Origin: Lutibacter sp.
Lineage (GTDB): Bacteria; Bacteroidota; Bacteroidia; Flavobacteriales; Flavobacteriaceae
DNA length: 64,000 nt
Direction: 5' to 3'
Assembly (NCBI GenBank): GCA_036568005.1
Contig: DATCTJ010000026.1
Span: 4,142 to 68,141, forward strand
Positions 19,747 to 29,730 of the stretch are shown in pieces. Numbering within the stretch: position 1 is the first letter of the stretch; each line of letters starts with the position of its first letter. The notes beneath the pieces were generated by a model. The model saw nothing but the letters and a program-made list of their open reading frames with translations, was not told where the DNA came from and searched no databases. Position numbers and translations under genes: made by a program.

Positions 19747-19861
19747 AAAATTAGCAAAACAGTATCTTTTTCAATATATTTTTGTATTTTTGTTTGTAAT
19801 AGTGGAGTTATAAGGACTTTCGTTATTACAAAAAAGAATATTAAATCTAAACTTACTAAAA

Positions 19862-20650
19862 ATGAAACATGTAAAAATTGCCTTTTTGGCTTTGTTATTA
19901 ATTGTATCCTGTCGTACTACTAAAGACACCAGTAATGCCCAGAATATACACGATGCCGATAATGACGGCGTTGAAGATTGTAGAGATAGATGTCCAAATG
20001 TACCTGGTTTAGCTAAATTTTACGGTTGCCCTGATACAGATGGAGACGGGATTGAAGACAGTAAAGATAGATGCCCAGAAGTTGCGGGTTCAAAACTATT
20101 ACAAGGTTGCCCAGATAGAGATGGAGACGGTACTCCAGATATAGACGATGCTTGTCCAGATGTTCCTGGTCCAAAAACAAATGCAGGTTGTCCATTTAAA
20201 GATACTGATGGAGATGGTGTAATTGACTTAATTGACAGATGTGTAACTGTAAAAGGTCCAGCTTCAAATTATGGTTGTCCAGTGATACCAGGTCAAGAGA
20301 TTATGACTCAATTGAATGAGTATGGAAGAACTATTTTGTTTGATACCGCTAAATGGACTTTCAAACAAGAGTCTTATTCTGTTTTACAGCCGATGACAAC
20401 AATATTAAAAGAATACCCAGACGCTGATTTTGTAATTGAAGGTCATACTGACAGTGTTGGTTCAGATCAATCTAATCAGTTATTATCTGAAAGAAGAGCA
20501 AATGCAGTTAAAGACTATTTCATCGCAAATGGCATCAGTGTAGACAGATTAACAACAAAAGCTTTTGGAGAAAGTAAACCTATTGACACTAATGACACGC
20601 CTGCAGGTAGAGCAAACAACAGACGTACTGAAGTTAAATTAGCAGAATAA
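19862..20650 (+). CDS. OmpA-family lipoprotein: thrombospondin type-3 repeats plus OmpA C-terminal domain, no barrel
   Basis: Lipobox LLIVS-C, four to five D-x-D-x-D-G/CP repeats ([57 protein letters not shown]), and an OmpA_C motif ([23 protein letters not shown] ... NRRTEV). Confidence 0.85.
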   Translation: MKHVKIAFLALLLIVSCRTTKDTSNAQNIHDADNDGVEDCRDRCPNVPGLAKFYGCPDTDGDGIEDSKDRCPEVAGSKLLQGCPDRDGDGTPDIDDACPDVPGPKTNAGCPFKDTDGDGVIDLIDRCVTVKGPASNYGCPVIPGQEIMTQLNEYGRTILFDTAKWTFKQESYSVLQPMTTILKEYPDADFVIEGHTDSVGSDQSNQLLSERRANAVKDYFIANGISVDRLTTKAFGESKPIDTNDTPAGRANNRRTEVKLAE

Positions 20651-20678
20651 CAGGTTGTAAATTTATATATAACATTCT

Positions 20679-20716
20679 AATCGCCTAAAAGTTTAACATT
20701 TAGGCGATTTTTTTTG
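20679..20716 (+). terminator. Rho-independent terminator
   Basis: AATCGCCTAAA / TTTAGGCGATT, an 11-bp stem, followed by a T run. Confidence 0.7.
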
Positions 20717-20857
20717 CGTAAAACATATTAATAATCTAATTTTAAATAAGAAATACAGAAAATTAAAATCTGAAAGTTATATTTTTTGAATAAATGATAA
20801 GAATAGCATAACTTTGCTAATAAGTAAAAAAAAGAATATTAATTAATTTTTATAAAA

Positions 20858-22216
20858 ATGAAACATTTAAAAATTGCCATGCTGGCTTTATTTCTAATTA
20901 CTGGTTTAAGTAATCTAAACGCACAAGACAAAAATAACCCCTGGGCTATTGGTATTGGCGTAAACGCAGTAGATTTTTACCCTACAAATGCTCTTGGCAG
21001 TTGGGGTGATGAGTTTTTTAACATAGGAGACCATTATAATATACTTCCTGCCATATCAAGAATAACTGTCGGTAAATATTTGGAGGATGGCTTTACTATT
21101 GAAGGAACAGGTTCTTTGAACCAAATTTCCAAAATTGGAGACAAAAGCGTTAGTGATTTAATGTATGTTGGTTTAGATGGCGCTTTAAAGTACGACCTAA
21201 ACTATGTCATAGGAGAAACAGGATGGTTTGATCCTTATGTTTTAGTTGGTGGAGGTTACACTTGGATAGATAAATTCGGAACAGCTACTGTAAATGGTGG
21301 TGGTGGAATTAATTTTTGGTTTAGTGATAATATTGGTTTAAATGTTGAGTCTAAATACAAACATTCATTTAACAGCGATAATGTTTTAAGACACTTTCAA
21401 CATTCTGTTGGGATTGTATTAAAATTTGGAGGAACAGACACAGATGGTGATGGTGTTTACGATAAAGATGATGCTTGTCCAGATGTATTCGGATTGGCGG
21501 CATATAATGGTTGTCCTGATACTGATGGTGATGGCGTTATTGATTCAAAAGACGATTGCCCTACTGTAGCAGGTTTAGCAGCTTTAAATGGTTGTCCAGA
21601 TGCTGATGGTGATGGAATTGCAGATAAAGATGACGCTTGTCCAAATGAGAAAGGAACTAAAGCAAACAAAGGTTGTCCAGATACTGACGGAGATGGAGTT
21701 GTTGATAAAGATGATGCTTGTCCAACCGTAGCCGGTCCAGCCGCAAATAAAGGTTGCCCTTGGCCAGATACTGACGGAGATGGTGTTACAGATAATATAG
21801 ACAAATGCCCAACTGTTGCTGGTCCAGCTTCAAATGATGGATGTCCTGTAGAACCAACTGTTGAGGTTATGGCAACATTGAATGAATATGCAAAAACTAT
21901 TTTATTTGATACAGGAAAAGCAACTTTCAAAAAACAAGCTGTGGATGTATTAAAAGCAATGACAACAATTTTCAAGGAATATCCACAAGCTGATTTTGTA
22001 ATTGCTGGTCATACTGACAGCGTTGGTTCTGATAGATCAAACCAATTATTGTCTGAAAGAAGAGCTGCTGCAGTTAGAGATTATTTAATCTCAAATGGTA
22101 TCAATGCTGATAGATTGACAACTGTAGGTTTTGGAGAAAGCAAACCAGTTGACACTAATAATACAGCCGCAGGCCGTCAAAATAACAGACGTACAGAGGT
22201 TACTTTAAAAAAGTAA
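20858..22216 (+). CDS. OmpA-family outer-membrane protein: beta-barrel plus thrombospondin type-3 repeats plus OmpA C-terminal domain
   Basis: Signal peptide, barrel homologous to 14680-15309, six DTDGDG/CP repeats, and [23 protein letters not shown] ... NRRTEV. Confidence 0.9.
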   Translation: MKHLKIAMLALFLITGLSNLNAQDKNNPWAIGIGVNAVDFYPTNALGSWGDEFFNIGDHYNILPAISRITVGKYLEDGFTIEGTGSLNQISKIGDKSVSDLMYVGLDGALKYDLNYVIGETGWFDPYVLVGGGYTWIDKFGTATVNGGGGINFWFSDNIGLNVESKYKHSFNSDNVLRHFQHSVGIVLKFGGTDTDGDGVYDKDDACPDVFGLAAYNGCPDTDGDGVIDSKDDCPTVAGLAALNGCPDADGDGIADKDDACPNEKGTKANKGCPDTDGDGVVDKDDACPTVAGPAANKGCPWPDTDGDGVTDNIDKCPTVAGPASNDGCPVEPTVEVMATLNEYAKTILFDTGKATFKKQAVDVLKAMTTIFKEYPQADFVIAGHTDSVGSDRSNQLLSERRAAAVRDYLISNGINADRLTTVGFGESKPVDTNNTAAGRQNNRRTEVTLKK

Positions 22217-22237
22217 GGATTATAACTAATTAATTAA

Positions 22238-22272
22238 ATCACCTAAAATTAATTTTTTAGGTGATTTTTTTT
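22238..22272 (+). terminator. Rho-independent terminator
   Basis: ATCACCTAAAA / TTTTAGGTGAT stem followed by T8. Confidence 0.7.
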
Positions 22273-22344
22273 GATAGATTATTTCCGTTTTTTAATTCAA
22301 ATCCAAAAGAGAAAGGTTGAAATTATAATTTAAAATAGTTAAGT

Positions 22345-22372
22345 AAAAGCCATTTCAATTGAAATGGCTTTT
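22345..22372. terminator. Second, orphan terminator-like hairpin (AAAAGCCATTTC-AATT-GAAATGGCTTTT)
   Basis: Perfect 12-bp stem with A/T runs on both sides, about 75 nt beyond the ompA terminator. No annotated gene ends here. Confidence 0.45.
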
Positions 22373-22505
22373 ATATTTTTATAGGAAATAAAAAAATCAG
22401 TTAAGATGGACATTTTTGAACCTGATTCAAGTACCAATGAACCTAGCTGGCTTATAGGAATATATGAATTACATATGACCTATAAAAATCAATAAAAAAA
22501 TCGAT

Positions 22506-25277
22506 ATGAAATCATTTATCTCACGCGTTATTGAAGATGTACTAAACAAACACCAAAGTTTCAATAATTTAATATTTATAATGCCTAGCCAAAGGTCGTG
22601 CGTGTTTTTAAAAGAAGAAATTATAGAAAAAGCACAGGGTTCTGGTTTTCTCCCAAAAATAACAAACATTGAAAATTATATACAGGAATTGGCCGATATC
22701 AGCCTCATAGATGCTACCCAACTATTATTCGAATTTTACACCATTTATCAGCAAAATATTCCCAAAGAAAATAGGGAGTCTTTTGATGCATTTTCGCAAT
22801 GGGCTACCATCGCCTTGCACGATTTTAATGAAATTGATAGTTATTTGGTGAATACAAGTCAGTTTTTTTCAAATTTGAATGATGTAAAAAAGCTAGATGA
22901 ATGGTTTCAAGACAAAAAGCCGAGCCAATTAGCAGTAAACTATCTTCAGTTCTTTGAATATTTGGCCGCATTATATGAGGCGCTTTATGAAAAATTGAAA
23001 AGCAATAAATTTGGTTATCAAGGATTAATTTACAAAGAAGCTATAAATAATTTGGAGTTTTACTTGGATAACAACAAAAACAAACATTTTATTTTTGTCG
23101 GATTTAATGCGCTAAACAAAGCTGAAGAAACGATATTTCAGGAATTGTTGAACAACAATTTGGCAACTGTTTATTGGGACTCTAATGAATCATTTTTAAA
23201 TAATTCAAATGAAGCAGGCGTGTTTTTAAGAAAATATAAAAAAGAATGGGCTTATTATCAAAAAAATCCATTTTTATGGGAAGATAAGGCTTTGCCAACT
23301 CCTAAAAACATCAATTTAATTGGCGCACCCAAAAACACCACCCAAATAAAATACGCAGGAGAGCTTTTATCAAATATCGAAAATTTCAGCAAAACCGCAT
23401 TGGTGCTGGCCGATGAAAATTTGTTGACTTTAACGCTAAATTCATTACCAAACAATGTGAAAAACATTAACATTACCATGGGCTATCCATTAAAAGATAT
23501 TCCTTTGGCAAGCTTGTTTGACGCGCTGTTTAAATTGCATTTAAACCAGTATAAATTTAATAAGGAGGCAGAACATCTATTTTACTACAAAGACGTTTTA
23601 AACGTTTTAAACAACTCTTTTTTAAATAAATTAAACGGGAAAGTTCTTCAAAAGTTAATAGCTGAAATTAAAAGTAAAAACAGCATCTTTTTATCGGTTG
23701 ATATGCTAAAAAAGTATATTTCATCAGCAGAGGCTGCGCAAATTTCTGATATTTTTTCACTATTTAATTTTTCAACCTCCGTAAATGAAGTCATAAAACA
23801 ATGTATTGATTTAATAAATGTTCTAAAAAACTATACGGAAGGTGTTGAAACAGAATATTTGTATCGGTTTTTTACGATTTTTCAACAGTTGCAAACCTTA
23901 AATTTAACCTATAACCACATCAGCGATTTAAAATCCTTAAACTTGTTTTACACCCAAATTTTGAGAACCGAAAAATTATCATTTCAAGGCGAGCCATTGC
24001 GGGGTTTACAGTTGATGGGAATGCTGGAGACCAGGGCTTTGGATTTTGAAACCGTGATAATTACTTCCGTAAACGAAGGGATTTTACCTGGCGGAAAAAA
24101 TGATTTTTCCTTTATTCCTTATGATGTAAAAAAATATTTTGGATTGCCCACTTATCAGGAAAAAGACGCGATTTTTTCTTATCATTTTCAGCGTTTGCTT
24201 TATAGGGCAGAAAATATTTATTTAATATACAATACGGAATCTGATGGTTACGGTTCGGGTGAAAAAAGTCGTTTTTTAACGCAACTTGAAATAAACAATC
24301 CCGAAATTACGAAAACAATTATTAGCCCAAAAGTGCAACATACAACTTTTCCAATATTGCAAATTGAAAAAACGCCTGAAATAATGCAAAAACTGCAGAT
24401 GGTCTTTACCAAAGGTATTTCGCCGTCGGCACTGGCAAGCTATATTTACGATCCGGTGAAATTTTATGAGCAACGCATATTAGAAGTTTATGAAGAAGAT
24501 GAAGTAGAGGAAACAATTGCTGCCAATACGATGGGTTCTGTAATTCATGAAGTGCTTGAGGATTTGTATAAACCATTTATAGAAAAATATTTAAGCAAGG
24601 AAAATATTGCCGAAATGCAAAAAAACAAGCACGATTTGCTTGTGAAATATTTTGAGAAATATTATGAAAAAGGGAATATAGAAACAGGCAAAAACAAGCT
24701 CATTTTTGAAGTGTGCAAAAATCATATCAAACGATTTTTAAACCAAGAATTACAACTGCTAAATCAAAATAAACAACTAAAAATTATTGCTTTAGAAAAG
24801 GACTTATCCACCGAAATAAATATTGAGGGTGTCAATTTCCCTATAAGATTGAAAGGAATTGTGGATAGAATTGATGAATTGGACGGCGTAACCCGAATTA
24901 TAGACTATAAAACAGGAAATGTGGAAGCCAAAGACCTTAAAATAACCGATTTTAGTGTTTTGGGCAGCGATTATAAATATACAAAACCCCTGCAAGTAAT
25001 GCTTTATAGTTTTTTGTTTTCAGAAGAAAATGGCGGTAATTTTTCAAAACCTGTTGAAGCCGGAATCATTTCATTTAAAAATCTTAATAGTGGTTTTCTG
25101 AAAATGAATTTTTCAGAAAAAAAGGGTGCAAGTGAAAGTATTATTTCCCAAGAGAATATTGATCCGTTTTTAATGGAATTAAAAAGAATTATTGCTGAAA
25201 TTTTAAATCCGGAAATCCCAATTATTCAAAATCAAAATTTACCTTTTAAAAAAAATATCGATGCAAAAAACACTTAA
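22506..25277 (+). CDS. PD-(D/E)XK nuclease family protein, AddB-like (inactive helicase-like N-terminus)
   Basis: No Walker A at the N-terminus. C-terminal nuclease motif GSVIHEVLE ... GIVDRID ... IIDYKTG ... LQVMLY. Confidence 0.8.
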   Translation: MKSFISRVIEDVLNKHQSFNNLIFIMPSQRSCVFLKEEIIEKAQGSGFLPKITNIENYIQELADISLIDATQLLFEFYTIYQQNIPKENRESFDAFSQWATIALHDFNEIDSYLVNTSQFFSNLNDVKKLDEWFQDKKPSQLAVNYLQFFEYLAALYEALYEKLKSNKFGYQGLIYKEAINNLEFYLDNNKNKHFIFVGFNALNKAEETIFQELLNNNLATVYWDSNESFLNNSNEAGVFLRKYKKEWAYYQKNPFLWEDKALPTPKNINLIGAPKNTTQIKYAGELLSNIENFSKTALVLADENLLTLTLNSLPNNVKNINITMGYPLKDIPLASLFDALFKLHLNQYKFNKEAEHLFYYKDVLNVLNNSFLNKLNGKVLQKLIAEIKSKNSIFLSVDMLKKYISSAEAAQISDIFSLFNFSTSVNEVIKQCIDLINVLKNYTEGVETEYLYRFFTIFQQLQTLNLTYNHISDLKSLNLFYTQILRTEKLSFQGEPLRGLQLMGMLETRALDFETVIITSVNEGILPGGKNDFSFIPYDVKKYFGLPTYQEKDAIFSYHFQRLLYRAENIYLIYNTESDGYGSGEKSRFLTQLEINNPEITKTIISPKVQHTTFPILQIEKTPEIMQKLQMVFTKGISPSALASYIYDPVKFYEQRILEVYEEDEVEETIAANTMGSVIHEVLEDLYKPFIEKYLSKENIAEMQKNKHDLLVKYFEKYYEKGNIETGKNKLIFEVCKNHIKRFLNQELQLLNQNKQLKIIALEKDLSTEINIEGVNFPIRLKGIVDRIDELDGVTRIIDYKTGNVEAKDLKITDFSVLGSDYKYTKPLQVMLYSFLFSEENGGNFSKPVEAGIISFKNLNSGFLKMNFSEKKGASESIISQENIDPFLMELKRIIAEILNPEIPIIQNQNLPFKKNIDAKNT

Positions 25278-26109
25278 CATACCCGTAAAAAGTTCGCAGC
25301 ACAACAAACCCATTGTAACAGATGTTATTTACCTAAATAACAACATCAAAAAAGCTATAGTGATTTTTTGTCACGGCTACAAAGGATATAAAGATTGGGG
25401 CGCATGGAATTTGGTGGCAGAAACATTTGCCAATAGTGATCTGTTTTTTGTGAAATTCAATTTTTCACACAACGGCGGGACATTAGAAAATCCAATAGAT
25501 TTTCCCGACTTAGAGGCTTTTGGAAACAATAATTTTATAAAAGAATTAGACGATTTAGAAAACATTATAGATTGGGTAATTGCCAATCCAGAGTTTAAAA
25601 ATGAAATTGATGTTGAAAACATCACATTAATAGGGCATTCAAGAGGCAGTGGAATTGTTTCGATAAAGGCTTCAGAAAACAAAAAAATAACCAAATTGAT
25701 TACTTGGGCAGGCGTTTCCGATTTTGGAGCACGTTTTCCTGAAGGGGAACAGTTACAAAGATGGAAAAAGTTGGGCGTTTCCCATGTTTTAAACTCCCGT
25801 ACCCATCAAAAAATGCCACATTTGTATGAGTTTTATCAAAATTTTAAAGAAAATGAAGCGCGATTGACCATCAAAAATGCAGTTGAAATATTGAAGATTC
25901 CACATTTAATTATTCATGGCGAAAATGATGAAACAGTACCTCTAGAAGAAGCCAAAAACTTACATTTGTGGAATCCAAATAGCAAGCTTATTATTATTGA
26001 GAAGATGAACCATTCATTGGGATGTACACAACCATGGGGAAGTCCGATGATGCCTTTTCACCTAGAGGAAGTAGTGAATAAAAGTATCAATTTTGCACTT
26101 AATAAATAA
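25261..26109 (+). CDS. Alpha/beta hydrolase
   Basis: Nucleophile elbow GHSRGS, a C-terminal HGENDETV and a late His (NHSL). The start overlaps the upstream stop by 17 nt. Confidence 0.75.
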   Translation: MQKTLNIPVKSSQHNKPIVTDVIYLNNNIKKAIVIFCHGYKGYKDWGAWNLVAETFANSDLFFVKFNFSHNGGTLENPIDFPDLEAFGNNNFIKELDDLENIIDWVIANPEFKNEIDVENITLIGHSRGSGIVSIKASENKKITKLITWAGVSDFGARFPEGEQLQRWKKLGVSHVLNSRTHQKMPHLYEFYQNFKENEARLTIKNAVEILKIPHLIIHGENDETVPLEEAKNLHLWNPNSKLIIIEKMNHSLGCTQPWGSPMMPFHLEEVVNKSINFALNK

Positions 26110-26136
26110 GCGCATAATCATAGATTTATAATAAAG

Positions 26137-26667
26137 ATGGTTATTAAAAAAGCATCAAACTCTGACTTAGAACAATTGTTTTCTGTTGTAAAAAGTTGCG
26201 GAAAACACTTAATAGAACAAGGTATTTTTCAATGGAATGAAAAATATCCTTCCAAAGAAGTTTTGCTCGAAGATATTAAACTTCAACAGCTATGGAAATT
26301 AGAAACTGAAAACACCATTGTTGGATTAATTGTCCTCACAGAATTTGAGGAATCCGCATACCAGCAAGTAAAATGGCTTACTGAAAGTGACAGAAATATT
26401 TACATTCATCGTTTGGCGGTTGACCCTAAATTTCAGGGAAAGGGGTATGCACAAAAACTCATGGATTTTTCCGAGAAATATGCCAAGGAAAAAGGTTACA
26501 ATTCCATCAGGCTAGACACTTTTAGTCAAAATAAAAGAAACCAGCATTTTTATGAACAGCGCAATTATGTAAAATTGGAAAGTATCTATTTTCCCAATCA
26601 AAGCGAGTTTCCGTTTTACTGTTACGAAAAGCGTATAAATAATGTTGATATTTTTAAAAATAAATAA
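26137..26667 (+). CDS. GNAT-family N-acetyltransferase
   Basis: Acetyl-CoA binding motif RLAVDPKFQGKGYAQKLM. Confidence 0.8.
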   Translation: MVIKKASNSDLEQLFSVVKSCGKHLIEQGIFQWNEKYPSKEVLLEDIKLQQLWKLETENTIVGLIVLTEFEESAYQQVKWLTESDRNIYIHRLAVDPKFQGKGYAQKLMDFSEKYAKEKGYNSIRLDTFSQNKRNQHFYEQRNYVKLESIYFPNQSEFPFYCYEKRINNVDIFKNK

Positions 26668-26721
26668 TTGGGTAATATCTCTCCAGTGAAAAGCAATAAA
26701 TGACTGAAGAAAAAGTACTAA

Positions 26722-28056
26722 ATGTATAAAAGATCGAACATCACGTTTAAAGGAATCAATAAATTGGCAATTCCCGCTATTATTGCGGGTATCGCAGAGC
26801 CATTGCTTTCAATTACGGATACTGCTATTGTTGGAAATTTAACAGAAAACCCAACAGAAGCGCTTGCTGCAGTTGGAATAGCCGGGTCCTTTATCTCGGC
26901 GATGATTTGGATTTTGGCCCAAACGCGTTCGGCCATATCGGCCACCATTTCAAAATATTTGGGTGCTAAAAAACTGGACGAGATAGCTTCATTGCCAGCG
27001 CAAATTATTGCCATTAATTTTATTTTGAGCCTAATTATTTGTTTTATTACCTTATTTTTTGTCGATGAAATTTTTCGGCTTTACAATGCCGACGGACTTA
27101 TATTAAAGTATTCTATAGATTATTATAAAATTCGTGCCATCGGTTTTCCCTTAACCCTTTTTGTATTTTCGATATTTGGTGTTTTCAGAGGCTTGCAAAA
27201 TACCTATTGGCCTATGGTAATCAGTATTATTGGAGCGGTGTTAAATATTGGACTGGATTTCGTTCTGGTTTTTGGGATTGACGGTTTCATTGCGCCAATG
27301 AATGTAAAAGGCGCCGCTTGGGCAAGCGTGATTGCGCAAGTCGTAATGGCCATTTTATCCTTGATTTTGCTGTTGAAAAAAACGCCGTTTAGTTTAAAAC
27401 TGTCGTTTACCTTGAATAAAGAAATTAAAAATTTATTAGGATTAAGTATAAATTTAATGGGAAGGGCATTGGCATTAAACATTGCCTTATATCTTGCAAA
27501 TGCGTACGCCACAAAATATGGAAATAATTATATAGCGGCGCAAACCATCGCTTTTCAAATTTGGTTATTTTTTGCCTTTTTTATTGATGGCTACTCTAGC
27601 GTGGGCGATATTGTTTCAGGAAAATTATTGGGTGAGAAAAATTATAAGAAATTGTGGAGGCTCAGCATTAAATTGAGCAGGTATTCTATTGTGGTTTCTA
27701 TGATGCTCGCCTTGTTATGTGCTGTTTTTTACTTCCCGGTAGGTCGGCTTTTTTCAAAAGACCCGCTCGTATTACAATCTTTTTACAGCATTTTTTGGAT
27801 AGTGCTCATTATGCAGCCAATTAATGCGATAGCTTTTGTTTTTGATGGCATATTTAAAGGACTTGGAGAAGCAGCAACACTAAGAAATTTATTGTTGTTT
27901 GCCACCTTTTTGGGGTTTATTCCTGTGCTATTAATTGGGGATTATTTCAATTTGAAACTTTATGCAATATGGATGGCATTTACGGTATGGATGATTATGA
28001 GAGCTGGAATTTTGGTGTTTAAATTTAGGCGAAAATATTTATATAAAAACGCGTAA
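26722..28056 (+). CDS. MATE-family efflux transporter
   Basis: 12 predicted TM segments and the N-terminal motif LAIPAIIAGIAEPLLSITDTAIVG, typical of MATE/NorM-DinF proteins. Confidence 0.9.
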   Translation: MYKRSNITFKGINKLAIPAIIAGIAEPLLSITDTAIVGNLTENPTEALAAVGIAGSFISAMIWILAQTRSAISATISKYLGAKKLDEIASLPAQIIAINFILSLIICFITLFFVDEIFRLYNADGLILKYSIDYYKIRAIGFPLTLFVFSIFGVFRGLQNTYWPMVISIIGAVLNIGLDFVLVFGIDGFIAPMNVKGAAWASVIAQVVMAILSLILLLKKTPFSLKLSFTLNKEIKNLLGLSINLMGRALALNIALYLANAYATKYGNNYIAAQTIAFQIWLFFAFFIDGYSSVGDIVSGKLLGEKNYKKLWRLSIKLSRYSIVVSMMLALLCAVFYFPVGRLFSKDPLVLQSFYSIFWIVLIMQPINAIAFVFDGIFKGLGEAATLRNLLLFATFLGFIPVLLIGDYFNLKLYAIWMAFTVWMIMRAGILVFKFRRKYLYKNA

Positions 28057-28067
28057 CTTTGAACATT

Positions 28068-28823
28068 ATGAGCAACGGAAGTTTATATACACATATTCAA
28101 AATAATATTGCCACCATAGAATTTGGGCATCCGGCAAGCAATTCGTTTCCAAGCGAGTTGTTAAACAGGCTTACAACATCTTTAAATGAACTAAGCACTA
28201 ATAAAGAGGTGAATGTTATCTTATTAAAAAGTGAAGGAAAAAACACTTTTTGTGCAGGCGCTTCTTTTGATGAATTGATGGCAATTTCAACAATTGAAGA
28301 AGGACGACAATTTTTTTTAGGCTTTGCCAATGTAATTAATGCGATGCGTAAATGCTCGAAATTAATTATTGGTCGCGTTCAAGGAAAAGCTGTGGGTGGT
28401 GGTGTAGGTTTGGCAGCGGCTTGTGATTATTGCTTTGCCACGGAACAGGCTTCCATAAAACTATCGGAATTTACTATTGGTATTGGTCCGTTTGTAATTG
28501 CGCCTGCGGTTTCCCGAAAAATGGGATTGGCGGCTTTAAGTGAACTGACTTTGGATGCAACCAATTGGCAAAATGCTTATTGGGCAAAAGAAAGGGGGCT
28601 ATTTGCTAGGGTTTTTGAATCTGTTATTGAAATGGATAAAGAAATTGATAACTTTACTTTTAAGCTGTCGAAATACAACCCTGAAGCACTAAATGAGATG
28701 AAAAAAGTATTGTGGGAAGGTACCGAAAATTGGGATATATTATTGGAAGAAAGGGCTAATATCAGCGGTAAATTAGTGTTGTCTGAAACTACAAAAAGCG
28801 CCCTACAAAAATTTAAAAAGTAA
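28068..28823 (+). CDS. Enoyl-CoA hydratase/isomerase (crotonase) family protein
   Basis: Crotonase oxyanion-hole motifs FCAGASFDE and GKAVGGGVGLAAACD. The first ATG is at 28068 (the track starts at TTG 28059). Confidence 0.85.
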   Translation: MSNGSLYTHIQNNIATIEFGHPASNSFPSELLNRLTTSLNELSTNKEVNVILLKSEGKNTFCAGASFDELMAISTIEEGRQFFLGFANVINAMRKCSKLIIGRVQGKAVGGGVGLAAACDYCFATEQASIKLSEFTIGIGPFVIAPAVSRKMGLAALSELTLDATNWQNAYWAKERGLFARVFESVIEMDKEIDNFTFKLSKYNPEALNEMKKVLWEGTENWDILLEERANISGKLVLSETTKSALQKFKK

Positions 28824-28827
28824 TAAA

Positions 28828-29010
28828 ATGTTGTTGAATTTCATCGGATTTCTTCAACAGATTAACATTGAAGAGAAAATTAAAAACGCACCGGACAAAA
28901 ATTATGAAATTGGTGTAGTTATTGGCACTTATTTGCCTTTTATACTTTTGGCCGCACTGGCTTATTTTATGTATTATAAAGCTAAAAACAGAAAAGACCT
29001 GGAAGATTAA
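28828..29010 (+). CDS. Small single-pass membrane protein (hypothetical)
   Basis: 60 aa with one C-terminal TM segment (IGVVIGTYLPFILLAALAYFMYY), packed tightly between flanking genes. No family recognised. Confidence 0.35.
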   Translation: MLLNFIGFLQQINIEEKIKNAPDKNYEIGVVIGTYLPFILLAALAYFMYYKAKNRKDLED

Positions 29011-29025
29011 ATATTAATATTTATT

Positions 29026-29490
29026 ATGAAAACGAGTACAATCAGAATCACAAAGCAATTCAATTTTGAGACAGGACATGCCTTATATGGCTATGATGGG
29101 AAATGTAAAAATGTACATGGCCACAGTTATAAACTTTCTGTTACTGTAATTGGAACTCCAATAGAGGATACATCAAATGTAAAATGCGGAATGGTCATTG
29201 ATTTTGGGGATTTAAAAAAAATTGTATTGTCGGAAATAGTGAACAAATTTGACCATGCTACTGTATTTAACAAGAATACACCGCATATTGAGCTGGCTAG
29301 GGAATTGGAAAAAAGAGATCACAGCGTTATTTTGGTCGATTATCAGCCAACCAGTGAAATGATGTTGGTGGATTTTGCTGATAGAATTAAAAACAGATTA
29401 CCAAAAAACATCCGGTTACATTCCTTAAAATTGCAAGAAACCGACACTTCACATGCTGAGTGGTATGCTTCGGACCAAAATTCCATCTAA
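29026..29490 (+). CDS. queD: 6-carboxy-5,6,7,8-tetrahydropterin synthase (6-pyruvoyl-tetrahydropterin synthase family)
   Basis: Motifs FETGHAL and CKNVHGHSYKL are typical of QueD/PTPS. Confidence 0.85.
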   Translation: MKTSTIRITKQFNFETGHALYGYDGKCKNVHGHSYKLSVTVIGTPIEDTSNVKCGMVIDFGDLKKIVLSEIVNKFDHATVFNKNTPHIELARELEKRDHSVILVDYQPTSEMMLVDFADRIKNRLPKNIRLHSLKLQETDTSHAEWYASDQNSI

Positions 29491-29491
29491 A

Positions 29492-29515
29492 TCTTCCCAA
29501 AGGGAAGACTTTTTT
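29492..29515 (+). terminator. Rho-independent terminator of queD
   Basis: TCTTCCC-AAA-GGGAAGA followed by CTTTTTT, directly after the stop codon. Confidence 0.7.
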
Positions 29516-29657
29516 GCTGGATGTTTAAAAAATATTTTTCTTTAATTCTTGAAATTTGCAATGATGAATTTAAGTTGCGTTAAGGAAAGAGCGGCATGTT
29601 TGAGCACTTTTTTACGGTTTTTTTACCGATAAAAAATGCGAGTAGCGATTGCCTGAC

Positions 29658-29680
29658 CCCCCGCCTTTTCGGCGGGGGGA
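29658..29680. other. All-G/C 9-bp hairpin (CCCCCCGCC-TTTTC-GGCGGGGGG) in the convergent queD/pth gap
   Basis: Perfect inverted repeat read directly from the sequence. No flanking T run. Confidence 0.5.
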
Positions 29681-29730
29681 AACGCCCAACAAAAAGGTGT
29701 GAGAAGACTCAAAATAAAATTGAATTGTTT

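Noticed and set aside
21457-21975. 172-aa minus-strand ORF
   Set aside because: It is antisense to the thrombospondin-repeat region of ompA. Its S/P/G-rich repetitive translation is the mirror of the D/G/C/P repeats, a typical repeat-induced shadow ORF.
22406-22495. 29-codon ORF upstream of the addB-like gene as a real small protein
   Set aside because: It is too short, has no recognisable features, and conservation cannot be checked here. It is mentioned only in the context of the orphan hairpin.
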